A stretch of DNA of 64,000 nucleotides from an uncultured archaeon (GTDB taxonomy: Archaea > Asgardarchaeota > Thorarchaeia > Thorarchaeales > Thorarchaeaceae), in contig CAZSWP010000005.1 of NCBI GenBank assembly GCA_964610875.1, forward strand, positions 1-64,000. The letters are read 5' to 3'. The position numbers were made by a program, and so were the translations under genes. This document shows, one piece after another, positions 1-9,241 of the stretch (positions are counted from its first letter, which is position 1; each line of letters begins with the position of its first letter). Under the pieces are notes generated by a model. It worked only from the letters and a program-made list of their open reading frames with translations. It did not search any database and was not told the origin of the DNA.

Positions 1-806
1 CCTGCTTTAATTCCCATCATTTTGAAAGCTGCTTTGACCGGAGGAGCCCCACCATTTCTAGTTACCAATCTTGAGAATGTTTGTACCGAATGCTGTAATT
101 CGACAGCTTTCTCATGATTACCCGATCTAACATTCTTCATTATATCAAGCCAGATGTGTGGAATTATATTCGCAGAAGCGAGGATGGCGGCTTCTGCACC
201 TGCAGCAACTGCGGATAGAAAGCACTCATCATGACCTATGATTACAGGTAGTTTGCCCTTCAATTTTTGTATTAGTTCAACTGTATGAGGTATATTTCCG
301 CTGCTGTCTTTTATTCCAACAATGTTATCCAATTCTGCAAGGTCTTGCATAAGATTAGAACTAAGCCATCCCAAGGTACATTGTGGAATGTTATAGGTGA
401 TTATAGGCAAATCACTCAGCCTCGCAACAGTTTCATAATGTTCGTAGTACCCTTTTTCACTAGGACGTAGAAAGAAAGGTGAAATAACTAAAGCAGCATC
501 ACACCCAATATCTGCAGCGTATTTTGTAAGAGCCGTTGTAGCAATTGTACTGTTCTGACCAGTGCCAGCCACAACCGGCACACGACCATCAACGAACTCT
601 ACACATAGCTTGAGGAGCTTCTTTCGCTCCTCTGTTCTCATGTACACAAATTCTCCAGTAGTACCAGCAGGAACAACTCCTGTAGCACCTTTACTTATTG
701 TGTACTCTATTATCTCTTTGAAGCTATCCTCAATCAGGTCGCCATCCTTTGTGAATGGCGTCACTAATGCAGGCATGACTCCTGTAGGTTTGAATTTCTT
801 CCCCAT
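1..806 (-). CDS. dapA: Dihydrodipicolinate synthase (DapA/NAL) family protein, runs off window start
   Basis: Read manually (absent from ORF track): MGKKFKPTGVMPALVTPFTKDG...GVVPAGTTGEF...; typical DapA N-terminus and GTTGE motif. Confidence 0.85.
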   Translation of the reverse strand, partial: MGKKFKPTGVMPALVTPFTKDGDLIEDSFKEIIEYTISKGATGVVPAGTTGEFVYMRTEERKKLLKLCVEFVDGRVPVVAGTGQNSTIATTALTKYAADIGCDAALVISPFFLRPSEKGYYEHYETVARLSDLPIITYNIPQCTLGWLSSNLMQDLAELDNIVGIKDSSGNIPHTVELIQKLKGKLPVIIGHDECFLSAVAAGAEAAILASANIIPHIWLDIMKNVRSGNHEKAVELQHSVQTFSRLVTRNGGAPPVKAAFKMMGIKA

Positions 807-875
807 ATGAGTCACCAGACGACAATTAAGAAGGCAAGATGTCTGTATATATGTTTCCAAGCTGAAGTGTTATCC

Positions 876-1193
876 ATGACAGAGTATAGAATTGTGTTAA
901 CAACTTGTCCCAAAGAAAATGCACCTGAACTTGCCAAACAGTTGGTTGAATCGCGATATTGTGCTTGTGCAAATATAATAAACAATGTAGAAAGCATATA
1001 TCATTGGAAAGGAGATATAGAACAAGCTACAGAGAGTATTATTCTTATGAAGACACATGAAAAATCTGTGGCATTGCTCCATGAAGAACTCAGAAAATAT
1101 CATACATATGATGTTCCGGAGTTTATAGTAATCCAAATAACTTGGGGAGCTTCATCATATCTACATTGGATATCTGAGAGTGTAAAGCTCTAA
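876..1193 (+). CDS. cutA: Divalent-cation tolerance protein CutA
   Basis: VLTTCP...LVESRYCACANI...SIYHWKG...HTYDVPE motifs; start taken at MTEYR. Confidence 0.9.
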   Translation: MTEYRIVLTTCPKENAPELAKQLVESRYCACANIINNVESIYHWKGDIEQATESIILMKTHEKSVALLHEELRKYHTYDVPEFIVIQITWGASSYLHWISESVKL

Positions 1194-1202
1194 TGAGATA
1201 CG

Positions 1203-3644
1203 CTAAGCAATTCCTGACCGACGTGCAGCATACTCAAGAGATTCGTTGAAATACTTACCAATAACCCTAGCAATTGCAGGACCGAGAATATAGTTGACTT
1301 CTCCAGCAAGGAGATTGTTGACATCCGTTTTGCTTGTGAGTTTCCCTCTTCGTTTCAGAATAGAAATCTCTCTCTGGACAATCTTCCTGGCTTCATCCCA
1401 AGACATTGGTTCTGCTTTAGCTCCTAAGAGACCTTCCTTGATATCCGTAAACGCACGCATTACAAAGGAGGATAGTGTATCAATGTCACCGCTTTGTTTG
1501 ACGTTTCCCTTACCATGTTTTGAACACTTGCCCTTTGTTGCTATCTCACCACAGACAGCACAGATGGGTCTTCCGTGATTTCTCCTGACAAAGAATGACA
1601 ATAGATTTGCACACTTTGCATCATCATTTGCCGTCCATTCTAGACCCGAGCTTCCAACTCTTCCAATTGCCCGAAATGCAGTATGAGATTTTGTATAGAT
1701 GAATGCATGTACGTCTAATTGACCCCTCTTTGCTTCAACAGCCTTTTGTTTCTGCAATTTTGCTTGGAGAGCAATTTCTTCTTTCTCCAATCGTAACTGC
1801 CTTTGTTGATTTAGGAACCGATGCATCAAATCAAACGCAATTGCATAGTTGTCAAAATTCAACTTTTCAAAATGGAGTGAAGAATCGACTATCCCTTCGA
1901 ATACGGGAGATGGTGAGCTCTTGAGATCAGCTCTGGCTTTCTCGATACTAGTCCTTGCTTGTCGCGCGTGATACCATGAGCAAATGGCATCTGCGTCCAA
2001 CTCAGGATGAACCGTTTTTATCTCGTTCAATCTCAATGCGGCAAGATCGATAATTATCTCCTCTCGCAGTTGCTGCATAGTTGGATCACTATCTTCATAG
2101 ATACTCTTCAGTATAGCTTTTGATCTTAGCAAGTCTTGTTTGGAACGTAGATACGTTTCAATCAATCGAGAAATATTCTTGAGAAGACTGATCGTAAAAT
2201 GCCATACCAAGTCTTCCCTCAGCGCCACCATTGTATTACCATGTGTTAGGGTGGAACCAATATCAGCAGAGGAAGATGCATGAATTCCAGAAATGCCATC
2301 TGTCTTTACCTCATCTCTGAGAGCTAACAATCTTTGGATTTCTTCAGGTTCCGGAACACGTGTTTTCTTTTTCAGTTCATCTAGAACCTGTTGTTCAATT
2401 GCTATTAGTGTGCTACGATTCTTTGTTAGAGTTTGAATCGAAACTGTGTCTAATTCTGAGGAGCGCAAACCTCTTGCTTTTAGCATTCCTTTTACTGGCT
2501 TTTCTAAAGTATGTTCCAACTTCTCTATTCTGCGTAGAGATCTTCCTATCTCTTCAAGTTCGTCCTTTGAATAACTAGGGCCTTCAGTATCCGGTGTTGA
2601 TTCACTTCTCATCCCAAGACCTTGTACAATCATTTCGCCATTAGTGATTCCTTTCGACCTAAGTAATGCATGAAGGTCAGAGGAGTCAAATTTCATAAAT
2701 GCCGCCAGAATATCAGTGGCTTCATCATACCTGTCATCCAAAATATCAGGAAATATTTCAGCTATAAAGAATCCCAAGTTTTCTTCGTAATCTGATAAGG
2801 TAGTTGGTGTTTCCAAGTCTTCTTCAAATCGCTCCAAGACAGCTACTTTTAGTTGATGGACCTTTTTGAGTGCGTCTTGACTAATACCAGCATTAAGATA
2901 GGCACTAATTGATGCTTTAGAAATCTCCATCCAAACTGAATCTGGCAAACCAGAAACAGATACTCTTGTTTCTAAAAACGTAGTTCTACCTACGATTTTT
3001 TCAATTCCCCTCTTTAGAACAGTTGTTTCTGGGACCTCTTCGTCATGAGGTCGCAGTAACTCTTCTCTTAAAGAGAGTGCAGACTCCTTTAGCCCAGATG
3101 CCTTAACGTAGATATCTTCACGCCAATGATTACCCCATCCCGTAATTTCATTTATGAAGTCAATCTCGCTATTTGCCGAATAATTCTCTGGGATCATTTG
3201 CAGGTGTTCTAGAATCAAGTTCCTAACTTCAATTTCGGTTTCCTCATCATGGGGGCTCCTATCATGAAAGAGGTCAATGAGTTTTATTGAGAATTCACTC
3301 ACGAGTCTGGAAACATCCACCTCTTCTCTTTGTTTTTCACCAAGTAGCTGGCGTACCTCAATTTCGAGCTGTTCACGTTCCTGCTTTTCTAAAGCTTCTT
3401 GGTCTTCAATTGACAATTCTTCATCAGCAGACAATTGCAGCAATCGAACACCTTGGTAATTATAGAGATAAAAAGCAGCAAAATAGGAAATTACATCCTC
3501 CAAAGGAATGGTGTCACCAAATAGGTTTTCAACAATCTTACGATCTCTAGAACTCCGCATGTGTGTTGCCAAAGCTTCACTTAACAGGATTCCCTTTCCA
3601 GCTTCACTCATCTGACGCGTTCTAATGAACCAATTGCTAGACAA
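1203..3644 (-). CDS. Large hypothetical helical protein with C-terminal Zn-ribbon (CAVC...CSKH)
   Basis: 813-aa ORF, 2 nt after upstream ORF stop, likely translationally coupled. Confidence 0.75.
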   Translation of the reverse strand: MSSNWFIRTRQMSEAGKGILLSEALATHMRSSRDRKIVENLFGDTIPLEDVISYFAAFYLYNYQGVRLLQLSADEELSIEDQEALEKQEREQLEIEVRQLLGEKQREEVDVSRLVSEFSIKLIDLFHDRSPHDEETEIEVRNLILEHLQMIPENYSANSEIDFINEITGWGNHWREDIYVKASGLKESALSLREELLRPHDEEVPETTVLKRGIEKIVGRTTFLETRVSVSGLPDSVWMEISKASISAYLNAGISQDALKKVHQLKVAVLERFEEDLETPTTLSDYEENLGFFIAEIFPDILDDRYDEATDILAAFMKFDSSDLHALLRSKGITNGEMIVQGLGMRSESTPDTEGPSYSKDELEEIGRSLRRIEKLEHTLEKPVKGMLKARGLRSSELDTVSIQTLTKNRSTLIAIEQQVLDELKKKTRVPEPEEIQRLLALRDEVKTDGISGIHASSSADIGSTLTHGNTMVALREDLVWHFTISLLKNISRLIETYLRSKQDLLRSKAILKSIYEDSDPTMQQLREEIIIDLAALRLNEIKTVHPELDADAICSWYHARQARTSIEKARADLKSSPSPVFEGIVDSSLHFEKLNFDNYAIAFDLMHRFLNQQRQLRLEKEEIALQAKLQKQKAVEAKRGQLDVHAFIYTKSHTAFRAIGRVGSSGLEWTANDDAKCANLLSFFVRRNHGRPICAVCGEIATKGKCSKHGKGNVKQSGDIDTLSSFVMRAFTDIKEGLLGAKAEPMSWDEARKIVQREISILKRRGKLTSKTDVNNLLAGEVNYILGPAIARVIGKYFNESLEYAARRSGIA

Positions 3645-3646
3645 AT

Positions 3647-6256
3647 CTAATCCCTCCTTAGATAATTGTTCCCAATCGTTACAAGAAGACTATTCCCGTG
3701 ATGTTCGTATGACACAAGATAAATCAACCCAGGATCATTTGGACTCCGGAGATAGACTCGAGTAGCTTTTGGAAATACCCGCCCAATTTTGCGTATCCGC
3801 GCATTCATGAGATATTCCAAGAAATCAACACTAATGTTTACACTTACCTCAGATGCTTGTTTAGCTCCCTCTAATCTGAGGACCCCTAATTTCTCATTAA
3901 ATACGGTTTCAATTTTTGATTTCTCATCTTCCATTTGCGATAGCTGAGATTCAAAAATCTCCTTCAATTGGAGGTAATCCCGTGTTTCAGCATCTCTCTG
4001 TGGTTTTGGTGGATAACCTTTCTCTTCTTTTACAGGATATTGTTCCATAATCTTCAGTCTTCGGTCTTCAAGAGATTCAGGTTTCTTTGGCTCTGGAATA
4101 GAAACTGGCTCACTATCAGACATCATTTCCTTAATTCTTTTTGTGAAGTTCTCAAGTTCAGTTTCATATTCCTTCATGTCTGCTTCATATGCATCCTTTG
4201 ATTTTTGAAGTAGTTCTGCTCGTCTATCATTGTGCTGTTTAATAGGAACATTTTCTTCATCAACTAGTTTACATTCTGCCTCCCAAATCTTCACAGATTC
4301 TTGGTATTTTTCTTCACGAACTTTGTATGCAGTCCGAATTCTATTAACCATAGCTTGTGCCGTTGCACCTTGACCTAACCTATCATAGGCACGTTTCAGA
4401 ATAATAAGTAAATTCTCACCCAAAGAAGAATTAGTTTCTGTATGCTCTCTAAAATCAGCCAGCCAACTTTTTGCTTCAATTAACCACTCCTCTGGTTTTT
4501 CCGTCTGTAACTCTATCAAATTATTAAGACCTTCTAGGAAGGGGGTTTGTCCGGTTTTTGCTTCACGTATTATTGGAATCAGGTTTTGTTTTGATAGAAT
4601 TGTTTCCCCGACATCAGGTAAGGTTTCACTAACAAAAGTTTCAAACATTCTTAGTAATTCATTTAGCTTACTTCCAGATTCATCATTGCTAGGTTCCGAG
4701 GTAACATCAAATTTACCTTTGATTTCTCTTCTTGCGGCTTCAGCCATATCATTGAATCCAATCAATGTCAAAATATCTATCTGGACGAATGCATCAGTTG
4801 TTTCTCTAGCAACTGCAGCAATCAGGTCTTCCATAGTATCATATGTAGTACCATCAAAGGAGATTCTATCTGCTATAGCATTCACTATTGAATATAGTTC
4901 TGCAAACAGTTTATGAAATATCATCGACTCTGTTGGATTTAGATCCTTACTAGTGGTCTGAACACGAAAATCCTGAAGTACATTGAGAAGGACCTTCTTA
5001 ACAGACTCGACCATCAAAAATTGCTTTAACTCATCACTAAAATAACCCATTACCCTTTTGGCAAATGTTGTGAAGTAGGAGAATATACCTCGCAATTGCC
5101 ATGCACGAATCTCTCCTTCGACAGGATATTCTCTCTGAACTGAAAGCATCAAGTGTTCAACCAGGGCTTTGGCAAAAGGAGTGCCAAGTTCTCCAGTTTC
5201 ATCTTGTCTTTGTGATATTGTTTCAATGAGGAAGGATTTGTGTTGATCAAGAGTTTTTTTCGCACCAGATTTTGCATGAGCCTCGACAATCTCCGAAAGA
5301 ACATCAACTGCAGCTGTCATTTGGTCAATAAATTCATCAATTGAAGACTGAAGATTCTCTAACTCACTAGGTTGTACAAGCTCACGCCCAATATGCTTGA
5401 CTAACACAGCTATAGTCGTGCGGGCAATATCAACCTCTTCTGTACTATAAGCATAGGAATTGAGTTCACCAAGAATTGCTTGACCCATCTCAGGTATCTG
5501 TGCTGACAATGTTGTGAGTGCTGTTGGAGAGATAATGCGTGTCATGAAGTGTTGAATCTGTGATTCCGAATCACTCATTGGTAGGCGAAACTCAATAGAC
5601 TCTCTAGAAATGATTCTTGGACCTGGAGGACTTGTTGCAAAGTCATCTCGATAACCCATCTTGATTATGGTTTCCGTATCAACATGTTCTGGTTTAATCA
5701 GGACTGAAGACCATGAACCCTGAAATTGCCTATCCAACATATCAACAAATGTTACACCATTAAAACGATCTGAGAATCTTCGCAACACAGAAACTCCTTC
5801 TGATTCGTAATCTAATTCATTTGCTAATACCGCTTCTTCAATATCAGAGAGCTTTTGTGCTACCTTATTGAGATGCTCATCAACCCTGAATGGATCTACG
5901 ACACCTTTTTCCCAACTCAGTGTACACAGATTTGATTTTACGTCTTTGAATCTACCCCCTGCGACAACGAGGTGCTCTGGTAATACCTCGGGTCCTTGAG
6001 CTCGTTCAAGGTCCCACTCCATAGAAAATAATTCTAAATTCTCATGCTCATATAGAGTATCCCGAACTGCAAATATCAGAGGAGCAATATTCATAGCGAC
6101 AGTTTCAGAGTTCTGTTCCATCATACTTCCAGAACCCGTTGCGCTACCAATTGGAAACCCATTCTTTGTTGTTGTACCCAAGACTGATACAGAGGCCATT
6201 TTGATTGCCTCAACCGTGCTAGGTGTTTGAATGTCAGAGTGTTCAGATTTAGGCAT
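3647..6256 (-). CDS. Large hypothetical protein: possible roadblock/longin-like N-terminus, helical middle, long coiled coil with Pro-rich hinges
   Basis: 869-aa ORF; LGTTTKNGFPIG near N-terminus; charged coiled coil aa ~640-790; start may be MASVSV (6199). Confidence 0.75.
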   Translation of the reverse strand: MPKSEHSDIQTPSTVEAIKMASVSVLGTTTKNGFPIGSATGSGSMMEQNSETVAMNIAPLIFAVRDTLYEHENLELFSMEWDLERAQGPEVLPEHLVVAGGRFKDVKSNLCTLSWEKGVVDPFRVDEHLNKVAQKLSDIEEAVLANELDYESEGVSVLRRFSDRFNGVTFVDMLDRQFQGSWSSVLIKPEHVDTETIIKMGYRDDFATSPPGPRIISRESIEFRLPMSDSESQIQHFMTRIISPTALTTLSAQIPEMGQAILGELNSYAYSTEEVDIARTTIAVLVKHIGRELVQPSELENLQSSIDEFIDQMTAAVDVLSEIVEAHAKSGAKKTLDQHKSFLIETISQRQDETGELGTPFAKALVEHLMLSVQREYPVEGEIRAWQLRGIFSYFTTFAKRVMGYFSDELKQFLMVESVKKVLLNVLQDFRVQTTSKDLNPTESMIFHKLFAELYSIVNAIADRISFDGTTYDTMEDLIAAVARETTDAFVQIDILTLIGFNDMAEAARREIKGKFDVTSEPSNDESGSKLNELLRMFETFVSETLPDVGETILSKQNLIPIIREAKTGQTPFLEGLNNLIELQTEKPEEWLIEAKSWLADFREHTETNSSLGENLLIILKRAYDRLGQGATAQAMVNRIRTAYKVREEKYQESVKIWEAECKLVDEENVPIKQHNDRRAELLQKSKDAYEADMKEYETELENFTKRIKEMMSDSEPVSIPEPKKPESLEDRRLKIMEQYPVKEEKGYPPKPQRDAETRDYLQLKEIFESQLSQMEDEKSKIETVFNEKLGVLRLEGAKQASEVSVNISVDFLEYLMNARIRKIGRVFPKATRVYLRSPNDPGLIYLVSYEHHGNSLLVTIGNNYLRRD

Positions 6257-6364
6257 TGAAAATCCCCATTGTGTTTGATTCTACTTCTAAATGGATAGTA
6301 GACTAAGAGAGATATAACCAATCTCATAGTCGTTTTTGAACTTACTTCGAATGTAACGGTTCTA

Positions 6365-7312
6365 TCAAACCGGTTCCCAAACCCCATCCTCAAGCTCACG
6401 GACCAAACCAGCATTAGTAAGGTCGCTTAGACAAACAAAAAGAGTTGTGGGTAGCAATGCATCAATACCAGTTGGAATAGGTATACTGCGTGCTTCTTGA
6501 ATATCAAATACAAGTTGTTGTATATCTGCATCTCCTCTTGCTGAAAGGTGATGCAATACCGTGTCTTGAAAGTGTAACATTGCATCTCTTGCTTCTTTGA
6601 ATTGTAAACCAACTTCATTTTCAAGGTAAGATATATCATGAGATGGACACAAACATTCTATGGGTAACTTTGAAATGGTATCTAACGCACCACTTCGAGA
6701 TGTAAAACTACCAGAGAGATCAACATAGAACTTTCTTGGTTCATTTGGGTAGTTATTCACCTCATCGCCAGAGAATAGGACTTTCTTTTTTCTTTCATAG
6801 AATAGACAGTGACCGGATGAATGACCTGCAGTGTGAATAACATCTATGGATATATTTCCAACTTTTATCTTATCCTGATGTTTGAAAATCCTATCGGGTT
6901 CTAATCCTCTATAGTTTACTCGTAATGGACCACGTTCCAACTTCATTGCAAATCTTTGTGCAAAATCTAATAGCAAACGCTCATTGATGAAAGATTGGGG
7001 GTCCTCAAGTAGAGATGCATCGTTCTTATGAATCATGATTGATGCACCAGTTGCTTTGCGCAAACGCCCAGCACCTCCAACATGATCAGGATGACCATGC
7101 GTACATAATATTCCAGCAACATCATTCCTTGGCTTAAACCCTAAATCTTCAATTGCTTTTACAATTTCATCTCCCGGATCACCAGCAGTACCGGGATCGA
7201 TGATGAGAAGTTCATCACCACCTATTAGCAAGTAGCTAGTTAGATATCCAAAATCTTCTACGTATTTCCCTCGAATCTGATATACGCCAGGGATAACCTC
7301 AACCGTGTTCAT
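6365..7312 (-). CDS. MBL-fold metallo-hydrolase with C-terminal wHTH-like tail
   Basis: THGHPDHVGG (HxHxDH), GHSSGH, FSGD, PSH motifs. Confidence 0.9.
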   Translation of the reverse strand: MNTVEVIPGVYQIRGKYVEDFGYLTSYLLIGGDELLIIDPGTAGDPGDEIVKAIEDLGFKPRNDVAGILCTHGHPDHVGGAGRLRKATGASIMIHKNDASLLEDPQSFINERLLLDFAQRFAMKLERGPLRVNYRGLEPDRIFKHQDKIKVGNISIDVIHTAGHSSGHCLFYERKKKVLFSGDEVNNYPNEPRKFYVDLSGSFTSRSGALDTISKLPIECLCPSHDISYLENEVGLQFKEARDAMLHFQDTVLHHLSARGDADIQQLVFDIQEARSIPIPTGIDALLPTTLFVCLSDLTNAGLVRELEDGVWEPV

Positions 7313-7393
7313 GTCAAGAAAATAACTTCCGATGAACACTTATGACCATATCGAAAAAATAGATACAAACGCGGGAAGAATAGAGTGAGGTAA

Positions 7394-8464
7394 ATGGACA
7401 TCGAAATATTGAAACAGAAGCTACTTAGGATAAGAAAAGAACTTGATTATAGAAGAGGAGTGGATCCTGTAATCACCGAAGTCGTTGAACATCCAGATGG
7501 TAGTATCCATGTAATTCTTCCTGACAGGTCAGAAAAAAGCCTCATGATGGGGCCAGGAGGAAGAATAGTTGCGACTATTGCTAAAGAGATTGAAAGACCT
7601 GTAAGCGTTTACTCTCATGACGAATTGATGATTAAAAAACACAGAATCTCGCTGATGGTGAATAGGATAGAAGAAATTGGAAATGAAGTGAGTCCAAACC
7701 AAGAGAGATTTCTTTTGTGGCTTAAACAAGTAGGTAAATCAGAAGAAAGGATACCTACAAGCCCCCGGATAATGCCAGTAAAACCGAATGGTAATATTCG
7801 AGTTTCAGTAGCATATTCAGGAGGCGTTGACAGTACAGCTAGTTTACTTCTTCTGAAATCAGGTTTTGATGATATTACTGCATATCACCTAGATATTGAA
7901 AATGATAGCACTATGCATTTGAAATTTGTTCAGAGAATCATCGAGAATCTTGGTATCGAAAGCATGCTTCTCCAACCAGAAGATGAGATGCTCAAGATTT
8001 TTAGACTAGCTGGCGAGGGAAGAGTTCATCCCTGTGGTCAATGTCATGAAAACATTCTGGTTCAAATCAGAAATAGTGCTAAGGATTCAGGGATGGATGT
8101 GCTTGTGACAGGAGAAATGCTGCCCACAGGCAGGCAATCCATAGAAATCGATGATGACCTTCTTGTCGTACATCTACCAGCAGCATTTGCCTTGTCAAAA
8201 TATGAAACTCAACAAATTGTTTCAAATGCAGGAATAGAAATACCATCAAACTCTTTTGGGTGTTCGAAACTTCAAAGTATTCAAGATGGTAGTTGGAGAA
8301 TGTTAGGGCCATCAATCTTCAGAGTGCTTCGCGAACTTCAAGCGGGAGTTTTGTCAACGGGGAAGGCATTATCGTTGTTGAAAAGTGTAATCATGCCAGT
8401 AATAGTAGATTCTCACAAAAAAGATAGAAATGAATTAGAGATGGAGGCGACAAAAGACGCATGA
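7394..8464 (+). CDS. KH-domain + PP-loop ATPase (COG1365-like)
   Basis: PDRSEKSLMMGPGG KH motif, AYSGGVDS PP-loop, HPCGQC, TGEMLPTG, FGC. Confidence 0.8.
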   Translation: MDIEILKQKLLRIRKELDYRRGVDPVITEVVEHPDGSIHVILPDRSEKSLMMGPGGRIVATIAKEIERPVSVYSHDELMIKKHRISLMVNRIEEIGNEVSPNQERFLLWLKQVGKSEERIPTSPRIMPVKPNGNIRVSVAYSGGVDSTASLLLLKSGFDDITAYHLDIENDSTMHLKFVQRIIENLGIESMLLQPEDEMLKIFRLAGEGRVHPCGQCHENILVQIRNSAKDSGMDVLVTGEMLPTGRQSIEIDDDLLVVHLPAAFALSKYETQQIVSNAGIEIPSNSFGCSKLQSIQDGSWRMLGPSIFRVLRELQAGVLSTGKALSLLKSVIMPVIVDSHKKDRNELEMEATKDA

Positions 8465-8934
8465 GAGGGGTATATTCGCTTATTATTGAAATCACTCGAG
8501 AAACGGATATTAAAATAGGATCTCTTGGGAGTATTAGATTTGGAAAGGGAATTTGGCTATATGTGGGGTCTGCACAGGGGAAGGGTTCAACTAACCTGCA
8601 AAATCGCTTGAATCGGCATTTCTCCTCAGACAAGACAGTACATTGGCACATTGACATGCTTCTGGAGAGTGAAGAGGCTCATCTAATTGATGCTCTCTGT
8701 GCAGTGACCCTCATAAATCGCGAATGTGATGTCGCATGTACTCTTGTTGATGACAGACATGCAGTTTGGGGACCTTCTGGTTTTGGGGCTTCAGACTGTA
8801 AAAGAAAATGCAATTCTCATCTATTGAAATCTAAAACATCTTTTGAAACTACTAAAAGAAATACAAGTCATTCATTCAAAAAGATAGGTTTGTCCCCACG
8901 TCTATTTGACGACCTAGAATCTATACACATGTGA
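8461..8934 (+). CDS. GIY-YIG/Uri superfamily endonuclease (DUF123/COG1833-like)
   Basis: RGVYSL...LYVGSA...RLNRH...HWHIDML...GFGASDC...SHL; ATGA overlap with upstream gene. Confidence 0.85.
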   Translation: MRGVYSLIIEITRETDIKIGSLGSIRFGKGIWLYVGSAQGKGSTNLQNRLNRHFSSDKTVHWHIDMLLESEEAHLIDALCAVTLINRECDVACTLVDDRHAVWGPSGFGASDCKRKCNSHLLKSKTSFETTKRNTSHSFKKIGLSPRLFDDLESIHM

Positions 8935-9000
8935 TCCGATTACATTAGAAGCAAGGGTTAAATGTCTACAACAAATCAAATCTATAAGGAGAATTGAAAA

Positions 9001-9213
9001 ATGCCAAATTGGAAAACAATCTTCGATCAAATGATGGCATCAGGACAGACATTTACTGTATATCTTCGTTATATGCAAAAGGACACATTGGCTAAGATTC
9101 CAAATGTGAGGGTAGCAGAGGTGTTTGAGGATTATATCAAACTAGAAAACCCCTCTGGATATGGTATCCTAGGCTACGATGACATTTTGTATATTTCAAT
9201 CCCGAGACAATAA
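9001..9213 (+). CDS. Small hypothetical protein, possible Sm/Hfq-like beta-barrel
   Basis: 70 aa, good SD (aaggaga); helix followed by five short hydrophobic strands. Confidence 0.7.
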   Translation: MPNWKTIFDQMMASGQTFTVYLRYMQKDTLAKIPNVRVAEVFEDYIKLENPSGYGILGYDDILYISIPRQ

Positions 9214-9241
9214 TTCCTCATGGATCCACCATTTTAAACAA

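Noticed and set aside
8461-8934. Homing endonuclease or mobile element
   Set aside because: DUF123-type housekeeping GIY-YIG, coupled to the upstream gene, with no intron/intein or terminal repeats
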